Below are positions 10,767 through 24,491 of a stretch of 64,000 nt of DNA, in pieces (within the stretch, counting starts at the first letter, position 1; each line of letters opens with the position of its first letter). Both the position numbers and the translations under genes were made by a program. The notes under the pieces were generated by a model that had not been told where the DNA came from, did not search any database, and saw only the letters and a program-made list of their open reading frames with translations. The stretch is from Pocillopora damicornis (Eukaryota). The stretch spans positions 62,001 to 126,000 of the forward strand of contig NW_020844976.1 of NCBI RefSeq assembly GCF_003704095.1, in the 5' to 3' direction.

Positions 10767-13700
10767 ATGGAAAAATCTTCGACTTCTCCCTTAGTTCGTT
10801 GCCTAGACGAAGTACCCGGCTACGAGGAACGAAAGAACGACGTGGTGTTTTGCGGTTCAGACGCTCAACAACATGTTGTATTTTTCCCTGGTGATGTTCA
10901 GGTAAGGTCAACAGATTTTGTAGTTGGAAGCGTTAGGCTGAAAACGCCGAAGAATACTTGATCAGAACACAAGCCATTCAACTGTGATGTAAGCGCGTGC
11001 AACTTCACGCCATTTCCAATTTCTCTATTTTTCGTTTGTGCGCTAAGTTGCTTAAGAAGTATTTTTCACGGTAATGTGATTCTGTTGTCTTCCATCGCGC
11101 AGTTCTGCTTTGAATTTTTTCCTCAATCCGACTTCTTTTCAGTTTCCATACCGACTCGAATTTTGGTTTGAACAGAATGCAGACCATCGCAAAATGTTTA
11201 AGAAACTCTGCATATAGTGTAACTCTTTATATTTGAATGAGACATAAATGTAATGAACTGAACTAAGATGCTTTGTTTATCGAGCTGTTGAGTTTAACAG
11301 CTTCAAAATGGAAAGCTCTGTACCGAACGATTGGTTCATCAAGCACTATATTCGATAAAAAGCAGATTTTATCAAACTGCATCATTGACAACGGAGCACA
11401 AACTGCTGACACAATGCAATTGATATTTTTTCACTGGTTGAATTAGTTTTCAACACATTCATCGAACTATCAGTACACTGTTCACTCCTTCAAACAAAGT
11501 CGTTTGTTTTGTGTTTTATATGTAATCCCTCAAGGCTTTGAAATACGTCAGTTTATTGTGTCAGATGTTCTTGTTATATCTTGTGGGTTTACAACATTTT
11601 ACCATCAATGCACGAATTTCCGAAATGATAGATTTCGCTCGAGAAACCTTAACGATTTGAAAGTAAAACTTCACTTCCGTAAAACGAGCTGAACGCAACT
11701 TCTGAAAAAATAAACAAAATTTGAAAGCACCTAATTGATGGGTGTAGAATTACGCATCTCTCGTTTTGAATTTCCTTGTTCGCGACCTCAATTTTTTCAG
11801 TGCTATTTCGAAAGACAATTTTATTGTTTTCAAAACGGAACGTTTAAGCAGAGGTTAAAAGGATGAAATTCAGGCATCGAGTTTGAATCGCACGAGACAA
11901 TCGTCTATTGTGAAATCCTGTGTCTCCTTTCCCTTTTCATGGCTTAGATTATTTTGCAAATGAAAATATAGTTCTCCTTCTTTCTACAATCCCACTCCAA
12001 TTCATTTTACATCGTGTCTACTTTTCTGCTTTGTCTCGAAAAGTTACCGAACAATCGGTTTATTACCTTTGTCCAAGACGGTGTCCAACATTGACAACGA
12101 TGTTGGCAGTTCAGAAAACAAGAGTAAGAATTTGAAACTTTTCTTAATTATCTTTGAGCGTTCGATTGCCATACTTAAAATTTTGACAAATGTTGATCAA
12201 AGATGACAATCAAGAGAATAAACGCTAAAAGGTATTAATAAAGGTTAATACCTATATACACAGTCTTCGCGGCAATTTGTGCTCCTCAAACATTCCGCTT
12301 TCAGCCTTACAAGCTCGATATGCGCAACAGGAACTGTCATCAATAGAGCGTTTTCAACTCAAATTTCTTGATTTTCAGGATTATGAAGAAAACATGGAGA
12401 GTCACAGAGATAATAAGAAATGGAAGCAGTGGAGTTTGGAATCTACGGCGAAAATATTAGAAAGAAGATTTCCAAATAGCTTTGTATGGGTCATTCGTCC
12501 TTCAAGATATCATCAGAGCACTTTCGCGTGTTATCATAACTTTGTTGAAGCTAACCTGCTCGGTGTCCCTGATCATACAAATCACGATTACGGAGCTTTG
12601 TTTCACTTAAGAGCATTGCTGGAGTCTGCGGTGAAAAAGCGTAAGTATTCAGAGTCCTTTTGTTTAGATTAATTTCCGCCAAACGAACAAGCCCAGATTT
12701 GTGTTTGTTCGCTTACTGTCCAGTGGCGATTAGTCTTGGAAATTTGTGTCACATTCAAACCAATCAGAATCAAATTGTGCTCCACTCGAAACTTGATCAC
12801 GTGCTCTTTCCCGCGCTCGGAACAGTTTACATGTTTGTACTAAGAGCTGTCCTTGACTTCTTCTTTTTCTTCCTCTGTTCTGATTGGATTAGCTCTCCCT
12901 ATTTTTTGTAGCTCAGATTTCTCTGATGTTCCTTGTCTACGTGTTTTTTGTGGAAAACTTACCCCTGACTTTCCCAAAAATACTAGTTGCAAATTTTCAG
13001 CAATTTTCAATTTAGTGTCAAAGGTAATCCGGGATTGCTTTGATTTTACTTACCTTTGCTCTGTGATTGGTCCGGAAATCTCGCACCATCCTCTCAACCA
13101 ATCAGATGCAAAACTAACAACAATCGCAACCTGGTCATAGGCGTTTTCCCGCGCCTCAAGCAGCGCGCTCGTTTTCACTTTATGTTCTCATTGGCTGATG
13201 ATAATGTAAACCTGTGTTCTGATTGGTCGATGGGATTACTTTGGTTTTGGTTTTTCGACATTTGATTGAAAACTGTTCGCTTGTCAACCAACGCAACCTG
13301 TTTACTCACCATATTTTTTAATTGAGGACGTTGGCATGTGTTCTCTCTTGACATTTATCTTTTTTCCGATGGTCGTTGCAAATTTTTAAGCTATACAATA
13401 ATCTGGTCATAATTGAAAACTCGGACTAATTTTTCCTAGAATTATCAACCCAACCTTTAAATTCCTTTCCTTTTATCCATGCAGTTTTAGATGTCCCGAA
13501 AGAAGAGGAGGACCCCACGTTTGATTTCCCGGTGATTCTTGTTGGTTTTAGTAAGGGCTGTGTTGTTCTAAATCAAATTATTTACGAGCTCTACATGGTG
13601 TCCGCTGGAGTGGACTCACGTCTCAATGAATTTGCATCGCGTATTAGTGCCATGTATTGGTTGGACGGCGGCCATAGTGGCGAGTCGAACCTGTGGGTAA

Positions 13701-13924
13701 CAGATGAAAAATTTCTTTACCACCTGGCTACTCACGTGCCAAGAATTCGTGTGCACGTGACGCCTTATCAGATCGGGGAAGAAACGCGGCCGTCGATTAA
13801 AAAGGAGCTGAAGAAGTTTGAGGACAGTCTTCGTTCGCTTGGCGCGAATATCAAGGTCAAATCTCATTTTCAAGGCACGCAGCCATATCTCGCTTTCCAC
13901 TTTAAACTTCTTGAAAGTTTTTAG
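10767..13924 (+). CDS. C2orf69: C2orf69 (UPF0565) homolog, alpha/beta-hydrolase-like, 3 exons, ~278 aa
   Basis: Exons 10767-10901, 12379-12640, 13485-13924 join in frame. Family motifs: HVVFFPGDVQ/DY, WSLESTAKILERRFPNS, LVGFSKGCVVLNQ, MYWLDGGHSG, VHVTPYQ. The start codon is less certain. Confidence 0.88.
12998..13275. mobile_element. MITE-like element in C2orf69 intron 2
   Basis: Imperfect terminal inverted repeats: AGCAATTTTCAATTTAGTGTCAAAG ... TTTTCGACATTTGATTGAAAACTG. Confidence 0.55.
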
Positions 13925-16232
13925 TGGAATTTGCAAATTGATTTGAAATATCTGGTTACTTAAACAGAACGACAAAAACTCCTGAAACATCAGGTGATGG
14001 TGAGAGTTATTGAGTGTTTTTGAGAAGCTCCAGGGTTGAAAGAAAGAATGGGATTTGCACCGAAAAAAACAGATACAGCAAATGGGACCGGAAGATATCA
14101 CAAGCGGAAATAATGGGTGTGAAAATGATGTCCTATGATCAGGAAACACTGCAGCCCCTCACTTGAACAAAGACACACCTACAGCTTATTTTGATACAAC
14201 TATTAAGCCATTGATATTTCAAGTTGCGTTCACGTTGCAATTACCCTGAAGGGCATACACGTTCTAGATTAAAACATGTGACGATTCTAATCGATAAAAG
14301 CAAATGTTTTTCGGCGAAATTGTAAATAACATTTGCTTAAGGATTGCTGTGAGCCCCTCAGCACCCTGCTTTTTTTTTATTTACTGAGGGTTAATGGAGG
14401 GAGATTTGAAAATAATCCAGGGATAAGCAAAACATGTAAACCTTGGCAACACAACCCTTTCACTCGTGTAATTTTTGTGATGAAGGCCGCAAGCGAGCCC
14501 TCGTTCCCAGTGTTTGAGCGACTGGCGAAGATATCGCCTTAGTGCACTTGTCCAACTAACAAAACAAAAAAACCAAAAAAAATTGATAATTAGGAGACTG
14601 AAAAAATTATTAACATAAGAACTTTCAGCTTGCTTTATTTCTCCCTAGAAAAGAAGAGTTTGTTTTCAGACGATCTAGTAACATATATCAACGAAATGAA
14701 AACAAAACACAAAGCTTTCAGGCCTTGTTCACCTCTTGCAAGAATGAGTCTGTTACAGGCTTTGTAAAGCCAAATAGTTTGGCATTGAAAATGAAATATT
14801 ACGTTTATCAGTAATACAATGACTAAGGCAAAATATCTTCCTAGAATGTTTCGTATAGTATATTTTCAAGTGAAGCCAGCGAACATTTTTTGCAAATATT
14901 TACAATTGACTTTTGCTTGTTTGTTGTACAAAGACGGCGGAAATGAATGTACGCAAGAGAAATTACAGAATGTAAAAGAAGACCTTACAAGCAATATTTC
15001 GTTTCAATGAAGTGTCCCAATATGTTTTGCATTTAGCAACTTACGCTCAATTAAAGGCTCTGCGGAATGATCTGGAAGCAAAAGAATGCGTTTTTTCCTT
15101 CTATTTTTATGTTTTACAAGCCTTTTTCTTCTACAAAAGGTCGTTCTGAACTACTCGACTTAGCACGAAGAACACGTTCAGTCTTAGATCACTACGTTGG
15201 AAAACATTCTTCTTCAATGCATATAACAATCGGTCTTGTGATAAATTGATTCTCTCACTAAAAGCTACTGGCCGTAAATGTCAGTTTTGCTTTCTTTCCT
15301 CCATTGCTAGAAAAAATTACTGTTAAGTAATTTATCTATTGCACCAAAACCTCTTCAATTTTGTTTGCAAATCCTCGTTTACAAACTCAAAAAACAGATG
15401 TAATACAAAAAGTGAGATATGATATCATACTTGTTTTATCGCGAAGTTAAACTGGATGGCAGTGAATTGGATATTACAGCATGTACATAATTTTCTTTCA
15501 TCGTTTATATATAGTTTTTCTCTTAGGATCTGTCTGCATTTTACGTTGAAGTTTTGAAAAATGTACTTATAAAAAACAATCTTTTGTGTACCTCATCGAT
15601 TCGTATGACTTCCAACTTGTTAATTTTGATTAAATGTACACGATAATATACTAATTTAACCTTTTTACATAGCAAGTCTCGTTTAGTGACGCGGCAATTT
15701 TCATCGTTTTGACGCTAATCAGATTCAAGCTGTTTGCCTTATTAGAGTGTTTTGCTTTCCCCCGACAGATGCTTAATGAATTTCCGCTAGATAACCGAGA
15801 TATTTGTTTTCAATTGTGATTTCGGTAATGGGAACTCTCAATTTTCCTGCATGCCCCTGGCCGGGCGAACTTCCTTTAAATGCTGCTAAGAAATGCTCTT
15901 GTCCTGGTCTTTATGCCTAACTGTTTGCGATGCCAAAACAAAATTGCACTTCAATGAAATTCTTACTTTACAATTTATCCTATATTATCCTATATCAGAC
16001 AACAAATTTGATCCGAACCTGCGAAATTGTCCAAGTTTTTGTTTACATGCAGATTATCTATTTTCGCGATTAAAAAAATTAAAAAATTGGTTTAGGTTGT
16101 GACTCGAATCACGTTTGCCGACGATCTCACCTGAAGCAACAAAAATCACATTTTTGCCTCCATTTTCTCTACTTATCAGTTTTTGGATGCTGGAGGCAAT
16201 CCATTTTGTTAGCGTTTAGCTAAATGCCGATT

Positions 16233-18056
16233 TTAGAAGAAGTTGACTGAAAGTAAGAAACAAATATTTACCCAAAACAACATGAGACATAAGAGCCAAT
16301 GGGAAACTTTGTGTAAATAGCTGCTGTGACTTTGCGTTGCCTTAACGTCCGGGCCTGAGCATTTACTGAGTTTCTCTAACAAAGAGTTTGAGAGTTCAGG
16401 AAGGTAATCATTCCAAAATGCAACTTTTAAAGGCTTTAAATCTTTTGACATCTCAGGGTTGGCTTCCACGCGGAGATACATTTGGTCATTTGGAAGGAAT
16501 TGACTCCATTTGATTCCATGAACAGGATGCGGTGTTGTATTGCCAAACTTGACAAAATTTGTGTAGACTGTTACCATGAAGTCACTGATGTTTCTGTCGA
16601 CCTCATTGTAAGGGTGTGGCGAAGATCCATTCAGAAGCGGAACTCCAAATACATACGCTGTGATGTCACCATGAGCTACCCCTTCCCAGCCTTGTTTGGG
16701 GCTGTGATCAGAACGATGCTGGAACTCATAGAGCCATGTTGGAGATTCCTGGCTTTGGTAGAGAAGGCTTGCATATGTCGGTGCCACAATGTAGTAGTCT
16801 GTCAGGGCATCGATAATACTTTGGCGAATCTTCACTGAATTGTTTTGTCCTGGCCAGTGGGTGTACTGAAATTCGATAGCGTCAACTATAAGTGGCTTAT
16901 GGTCTTTGGAAGGCCCCATCCCAATAATTATATGTTTTTCAATGCTCTCTTTAAAAATCTTGTTATTGTATTTTGATAAGGATTTGTTCAGCAAGAAAGA
17001 ACCTTCATCGCTCACGAACCCAGCAATGGTTGGTAATTTTTGAAATTTTCCAGCCCTTCTGAGGTTTATTGGAGAATCTTCCAGGAAATGTTTGTCAACT
17101 ACAGGGAAGTAAAACAAAAAATCGTGTGCCTTTTTCAAGATATCTTGCGCTGATTTTGAGCGGAGACACGCTAACATGTGGTTCTTTTCCTTAACACAGC
17201 TTAACTCCTTAGCAAGCCTCATCGAAGCCTCGGTCACACCTGATTCTGCGTGGAAGGCAAATGGGGATAGATCGCTTCCACTCTCGCTTATAACTCGATG
17301 AAAAAGACCCTTTGACAGGGTCGAAAGAAGATGAAGATTAACGCTAGCACCTCCTGCGCTCTCGCCAAGAAGCGTCACCTTAGAAGGATCGCCACCAAAG
17401 GCTTCAATGTTCCCCTGGATCCATCTCAGTGCTTCAACTTGATCCAACATTCCATAATTTCCTGGTGCAGTGGAATCGCCAGTTGAGAAGAAACCAAAGG
17501 GGCCCAAGCGATATTGAATACTGACAAGAATGATTCCACGAGTAGGTAAATATTCCCCAGGTGACACGACGCGTACGGGTGTCCCAGCGAAAAACCCTCC
17601 GCCATGAATGTAGGCGAGCACTGGATAACGCTGACGAGATATCGTTGCATTGTGGGGTGTATAGATATTAAGATACAGGCAGTCCTCCCCAATGTTTTCT
17701 TCAGCCTCCGCGAATCCTTCCCAAGCCTGCCGGATAGAAACATTGTAATGGTGTATCATCTGCATACAGATGCTTCTAAATTGTGTCGCTTGGCGGACGC
17801 CTTCCCATCCCGGGTGCGGTTGAGGTGGTGCAAACCGTAGCTCATCAATTGGCGGTGCAGCGTAGGGAATTCCCAGAAATTTATGGATGGCTGTTACAGA
17901 CCCGTGGGCGTTTGGAATTACCTGAGTTAGCCCCTGAAGGGCGCCTAGCTTAGTATTGATGACAACACCTGGGTCTACGGCTTGATTCGCGGGAAACAGC
18001 ATCGCCAAGAACACCGTAAACAGTATTCCGCGCGGAGCATGGATTTTCAACGCCAT
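16233..18056 (-). CDS. Type-B carboxylesterase / cholinesterase-like enzyme (CES-A), signal peptide and probable GPI anchor, intronless CDS
   Basis: First ATG at 18056 (MALKIHAPRGILFTVFLAMLF). Motifs: FLGIPYAAPP, EDCLYLNIY, oxyanion HGGG, catalytic GESAG, SDEG, VAHGD. Hydrophobic C-terminal tail. Confidence 0.93.
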   Translation of the reverse strand: MALKIHAPRGILFTVFLAMLFPANQAVDPGVVINTKLGALQGLTQVIPNAHGSVTAIHKFLGIPYAAPPIDELRFAPPQPHPGWEGVRQATQFRSICMQMIHHYNVSIRQAWEGFAEAEENIGEDCLYLNIYTPHNATISRQRYPVLAYIHGGGFFAGTPVRVVSPGEYLPTRGIILVSIQYRLGPFGFFSTGDSTAPGNYGMLDQVEALRWIQGNIEAFGGDPSKVTLLGESAGGASVNLHLLSTLSKGLFHRVISESGSDLSPFAFHAESGVTEASMRLAKELSCVKEKNHMLACLRSKSAQDILKKAHDFLFYFPVVDKHFLEDSPINLRRAGKFQKLPTIAGFVSDEGSFLLNKSLSKYNNKIFKESIEKHIIIGMGPSKDHKPLIVDAIEFQYTHWPGQNNSVKIRQSIIDALTDYYIVAPTYASLLYQSQESPTWLYEFQHRSDHSPKQGWEGVAHGDITAYVFGVPLLNGSSPHPYNEVDRNISDFMVTVYTNFVKFGNTTPHPVHGIKWSQFLPNDQMYLRVEANPEMSKDLKPLKVAFWNDYLPELSNSLLEKLSKCSGPDVKATQSHSSYLHKVSHWLLCLMLFWVNICFLLSVNFF

Positions 18057-20857
18057 CTTTTCCGTGACTGGGGCGGCGATCAAATGGCTGTCTGGTAAAA
18101 AGCTTGTGATCTTTGAGCGTCGCTCACCTGTCGACTTGCTGACGAAACAATCTTTAAATGCCCTGACAAGGTAATTTCAATCGGTTAGTTTGTTTTGCAA
18201 CTTCGCCAATTTAACGGAAATTGTCGTATATCTATCCTATTGATCTGACCGACAGGGGGTACCAAACAAATGTTAAGCAATCGCGTCGATAATTGAATTG
18301 AACACCTTTCCTCAAATCATAATTATTTCAATGCCTCCTGGTAATAAAAAGGAATCATTTAGTTTTTTTTATTTTTCGCCCTGAGTGCTCAATATCGCGA
18401 TATCAATTGTGTTTTTGAGGTGAAGTATTTGAATAAATTACTTACACGAATGACATGGAAAAGTCAACACGTTTTCAAATCTTCCATCTGTCCCATTTTA
18501 TATCTCTTTTTTTTAATGTTAAACTTACTACCTTAATCATCCTGAACTATCATTGGTAGTAACACATTATAAATAGGTAAATGAATGAATTAATATCAAC
18601 AGTAAGGGAAAAATCTGATTGTTTTGTTAAGCAGAACTTACTGCTGGCCAGAAGACAGCAATGTTACAAGTTGCATGCTGTTAAAATGTGTTGACTTGAA
18701 TTGAAGTAATGAATTCAAATGCACGGTGTGAGTTCCGGAATTGTAAAAAATGTTTGTGTTAACTGCAATTAATTCATTGTGCAAAGTGTTTTTAATTACA
18801 ATTCAGCTCTTGGCTGGAGATTTGGCAGCTAATGTTTTTTTCAGTGCCACAGCAACCTCAATTCGGCATCGAAAGAAGCTTGTGTCTGTGCCTTTATTAA
18901 ACGAAGTTGTGTTTGTCACTTCGTTTCCCAATTTTTTTAAACATTGGAAAGGGGTAAATATTCATTCTTTCCAACTTAATGGAGGAGAAATAATTTGATT
19001 TTAAAGTAATAGAGAAATCAAACGTCAGAACACTTTTTCACTAAAACTATCAGTTACAACGCTTAAACAAAAGTTATTCCAGATTGTGCGACAAAATAAT
19101 TAGGGAATATCAATCATTATTTGATTTATAAAACAGTTGTTTGGATAGAACCCACCATAATAACGTTAGGAGCAATAAGGCATTTGTAAAAAGTGGAATC
19201 AAAAGAATTTGCAAACTTTCTGAGCTTCAAAAGTTCACTTGCACCTTGTATAACGTTACTGACGTAACCTTGCTTTTACAACCAATGGAACTGTGATATT
19301 ATTCAAGACACAGTGAAACACTTAGACTACAAGAATAGATGTTAACTATCTAACCCTTTTATTGCATGATATAACCACTAACACATGTATGCAAAGTTCA
19401 TTTAGGCAAAGCACAGAAAACTGAGAGAAGGGTAATTTGTAAGAGTCGGCGACATTTCCGACGGAGGCGTTCTGACGCGGCACGCCACGGGATGTGGCGC
19501 GAAAAGGTACATTCCGCGCGTTTTTTCCCGCCAAAATTGTTATATCGAGTTTCGATTAGTTCAGTCTTTTCTATGCCTTACTATATTTAACTACCGAAAA
19601 AAAAGAAAGAAATTATGATTTTGGTTTCTTGATTTAGTCTGTGTGTTTGCTGTACCAACAACCTCGATTAATCTGCTTTTAAATTAATTCAAAGGTAGAA
19701 ATACATGCATGTGGTTAATAGTCCCGCAGTGGTTGTTACACACAGGAAGGTAATTAATAGTACCACAGCAAACCCACAGTAGGGTGGCTAGTTTTGTTTT
19801 CGTGGGACTTACGACCTGCACTTGCAAAGAGATTATCGGAAGTCATTCACGCCCCCTCAGTTGACGAGAAAAACTATTCATGAAATGAATTTCTGTTTCG
19901 ATGCTCGTGTTTTCAAGGACAATTTTAATGAATCAAAAGGTAATGTTATTAATGTGAACAAACTCTTAAAAACTTTTGAAGAGTTCGAAGTCCCTTTAGT
20001 TATTTGGAATCCTCTATGCCGTCAGAATTCAGAGAATAGTGAAAAATCTGTGTACTCCCAACAGATGTTTTTCTCGTGAAACTGAAGTAAATTAGTGTGT
20101 TTTGAATTTTCATACATTTCTTAGTTTACCGGCCTAAACGATGCGCTTCAGTTAGACTAATTAAATTATGGGCGACTTAATTTCGTGAAGGCAAAAACAT
20201 TTGACATTTTTAACTTAATAAACCTGAAGCCTTCAATACCAAAACATTTTGCCGAACACCCCCGCCAGACTTCAAAGGGCAAATGACGTAAGCACAGCCA
20301 TCCAGAAAGGAGGAACCCTGGGGGCGAGAAATGACGTCTCCGTTCCCAGGGATAGCGGTGCTTGGGAGATCTTGGGATGTAAGCCGACTCCTTGTGAAAA
20401 CCGAAAAAAGACAAAGGGGCTAAGCTCGTGCCAATTGTTTGAGGTGTAAGTGTGAAATTTGATATGCAGGATTTTCGTGGAGATATTTTCAAATTTTCAA
20501 TCAGCTGAGCCCATATCAGACCTGCGGATATTTGTATCACTTTTCTGAAACCAAAATTACTCCAACAATATGAGCGCATATTATTATTCCGTCTATTCAA
20601 CTTAAAGTATTCAAAATTCCTTTTTTTGAAAAATTTTCGGCATATTTAGGTTTGAGGGTAAAGAGAGAATTTTATGTTTTCTGAGTCAAAGTTTAGACCT
20701 CACCCCTCCCCCATTAAAAACTCCTGGATCCGCCCTTCAGTCGTCATGAATTTTCTCGGGCAAGATCACGATGGTGAGCACCACGAACCCTTTCTGTTCG
20801 TAAACATTAAAGGACGTTTTTCTTTCCAATTACATTGAATGAGGATGGTTTTCTTAC

Positions 20858-21013
20858 CGTTTACAAGTCGACCAAAACTTAACGATCCCGATGACTTTCT
20901 TTGGAAAAGATCAGATTCATACTTCGGAAAGATCTGAAAGATTGAGAGATTTCCCTCAGGAATGACGTTCTCAGTCCGGTGCAGCAACTGAGGTGAACTC
21001 GCGCCGATATATA
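20858..21013 (-). promoter_or_regulatory. Candidate core promoter and non-coding first exon of CES-A
   Basis: Minus-strand TTATATAT (~21014-21007), Inr-like TCAGTT (20991-20986) and donor ACG|GTAAGA at 20858. A matching acceptor TTTTACCAG lies at ~18092, just upstream of the CES-A ATG. Confidence 0.4.
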
Positions 21014-24000
21014 AGTCACCTTTGTGCTATGTTAATAAGGCCCTAGACTCAGAATAGTCTTACCATGGATCGAAGCAGACTGTGAGCCTCATTTATAGGA
21101 CAGCCGGAGGAAGAATCATCCGTGTGACGGTTAATAATATTCAGAGCGCGACAAGCGTCCAAGTGGTTGTTTAAAATGCTGAATGATTGCCAGTAAAATG
21201 TTTAAAACGCCCCTAAATGGATTGAAATGTACTTTAAGCACATTCTCGATACAAGCCGCTGTAACAGTTGACGTTTTTGTGTATAACTGATGAGAAACAG
21301 CTGATTTAATAGCAAAATTCAATTTTAAAAAAAAAAAACCCGTGTTGTACCTGAACAAGGATTTGTCTGTTGTATCACTTTTTGTCGTTGAAGCCTGAGT
21401 AGGTCTGATCTACTTCCCTTCGTTCAATACGAGCTAATAAATCAAACAGCTTGCATAAATGTCATAAAGAGAAAATTAGTCACAAGAAAATGATACTCTT
21501 TGAGCAGTACTTAATAAATTTGGGCGTCGCGCAAAACTTTGGGACGAGACGCGCCTCGCTTCCCAGAGTTCACATGACGCCGAAATATTTTTTCGCTGAT
21601 TTCTTTCGACTCACGCGACGGTTTACGCTGAGAAATAAGAACTGTTCGAGGTGTAAAAGAAAATTTATGGCTCTAAGCCGTTCTAAAGAAGTAAGTACTC
21701 ACAAACTATTCCTAGCACTCCCCGAAAGGGGCACAATGACTTGAATAACTCCTTTGTAATTTCCACGAGAGTTGACCGATTGCTTGGCGAGAGGCCGAAA
21801 GTCATCTGTCCATAACACATCGTAACGGTTCGACCTCGGCACGGATACGTTTCCTACGTCAGTTTGCCTGCCTTCGTCAGCACAAGAAACATCGCTGAGC
21901 ATGTCCGTTGACCGGGGAACAACCCCTTGAGAGAGAGGCTGACTAACAGAGCATCAATGTGATTAATGAAAAGTTGCAATTGCGAGTGAAAATTAAATTA
22001 CGTGGACAAGTCAAACGTTGGTTGATTTGTCCAGTTGAATCTCCGCTGCGCCTTGGCAATCGGATTATGCGGAAACTAATCGGATTGTGCGAAAAGGTAT
22101 CTAAAAAATGACGACCATTCCAAGAATACAAAGAAAATTCCTTGGCCAGTCATATTCGTGCTACATCTCTCGAAGTTGATCTTCCCTTTATCTTCCATCG
22201 GTTTGAACTCTCGTAAAATCCCTAAATGAGATACGAGTAAAGTCTCTCTTCTGTTGCAAAAGCGAACCATTAATTCACCACTCAAGACACGTTGGCAATC
22301 GCATGATAATGACAGACATGACAAGAGACACTTGAAAGATTTCATGAACTGCTGTAGATAAAGCAAACAAAGCAGGCTTCCAGTCAAACGTCAGACGAAT
22401 TTACACGCAATGTGTGCGCAGATAATCCGAATCACGAAAGCATGTTTTCGGAATTTGAGAAAAATTTGCAAAACGGTAGGTAAATTTTCATTCTTAAATT
22501 TGGAGAAGAAAAAAATCTGCAATAAGCGAGAGCAGTCCACGTTATTCACGATTTTAATAACGAGATTCGTGTTTTGGTCGATTTCACGTACAGTTCATGC
22601 AGTTATTAATGTGTTTGTAGTTAGGGGCTAACGGTATTGACTGCGTAACAGTCATATTAGTTCCACAAGTTCAAACTATATTGGTGAGATGAGTTTTTAG
22701 AAGAATCATGATTGTTCTCAACTTCATTTAGTCTGTAGCAGAATAAAACCATTAAATGAAGAAGCTCATTGCTGGAGGCATGCAGATATCAAGTTATTCC
22801 TCTCCCTCTTCTAATTATATAATCTTGTCTTGGGCGTGGTATCATGGTTAGTGACATGAAATATGCCATGATCTCTGATCTTTCACTCTGCTAATTAACA
22901 TGATCATTTCAGTTTTTCAAGAAAGAAAGTTATTTACGAGGTGATTAGTCATGTTTCCGTCAATCGAATCTATCGACAAGCTCGTTCATTCTGCAGAGGG
23001 ATGTGGCGTAGCTGTGCTCACAAAGGAATAAGTACCTAGTTAAAGCGAAATTGCCGTTTTTAATTTTCTTTGCATCCTCATTACTGGCAGTCTGATGGTT
23101 TTTCATTCCAATCTGGAAATGACGAGTTTCTTCAAGGGGTCTCTAAACCACAGAAATTGTAACTAATTAAGGTTATTTTCTGGCACTTTCAAACTACAGT
23201 TCCCTGTTAAGGGTTTGACTTTACCATAAAGTTCAAGTTTGTTTCGTTTCTTTTATATCTGAATATCTCGAACACTCGGCGCAAAGTAATTTGGTGGTTC
23301 CTAACATTTGGCAGAGTCTGCTAACTCAATTTCACCGATTTTTTTTTTTTTTTTTTTTTAATATGAGCCGCTGAACTAATCTGTTTTCCATCATCCATTT
23401 GACTGATCACTTTATTGCGTGAAATTAAAGGATCTTAGATAAGCACATTTGAAATTAGAAATATTAAGGTCGAAGGCTATGATCTTAAACTGTTGTCATT
23501 ACATTTCATGTTATAGGGCAATTTCTGAGATTCTTTTCACCTGAGAAGGAGATCGGATGACATTTGAAAAGATGTTACTTTGAAATTGCTTGTGGCTGGA
23601 TTATAATTTGTTTCACACCGCAACTCTTAGTTCAATTTGACAGAAGATGGCCCAACAAGTTCAATTCACACGCTTTAAACTGACAGAGATTACTTCAAAA
23701 AAAAACTCATATATTTAAACTACAACAAAGGCGGTTTGTGATCGATTGTTATGGCATAGCTTTTGTCAAATTTTGACACAGTTTCTTTGGAGGCAACTTT
23801 CAAACATCTAATTTAATTACAGATTTCTTTAAGTGGAGTTTACCATGATAAAAGTTTTCTTCCCGCATCGTTTAAAAGATGCATGTTTTTGCAATAATTT
23901 ACATCTACTTTTCACCTTTCGACGATTAAACTGTAGCAAGCTGACTTAAATATCAGTAGCTGCAATGTCAGGATTTTTGTTATATTTCAAATTAAAATGA

Positions 24001-24491
24001 ATGTAACGATGTAGAGGAGATGAATTATTTTCCATAGTCTTTGCGTGCAATAGAGACAGGAGCCCATTCAAATTTTTTTCTTTAATTATAAAATATGCCT
24101 TTTTGGGCAACTGGTAGTCAATTAGCAAACGATTTTGGGGAAAGCCATAAAGATGTTATCGCTTTAAATCACGCCGAATCAGAGAGAGTTTAGATGCATT
24201 GCCTCAGGGGATGATTCACAAGTGGCTGTCAAAGAAATGACTCGTGACAGCAAATTATGAGCGGCCTCTAGAGAAGGAAAAATGATATTCGCTTGTGGTT
24301 ACACGCAAAGCCACTGAGAGACGCAGCATCTAAACAGAACCAAAAATCTGTTCGCGGCGGATATCGCAGCCATAAAAGTTGTTTTGACGATTGCGTCCAC
24401 TTTTAAGTGGATTTAGCACATAAGACTTGTGTCATTTAGATATCTTCCTCCCCAATGCCTGCAAATTAAGAACTGAAGGGATATATTCAAA

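Noticed and set aside
13616-14149. 177-aa minus-strand ORF
   Set aside because: It is largely antisense to the last C2orf69 exon, with no recognisable domain.
16482-17840. Small ORFs overlapping CES-A (and similarly CES-B and the NHL gene)
   Set aside because: They are antisense or out-of-frame by-products of long coding regions.
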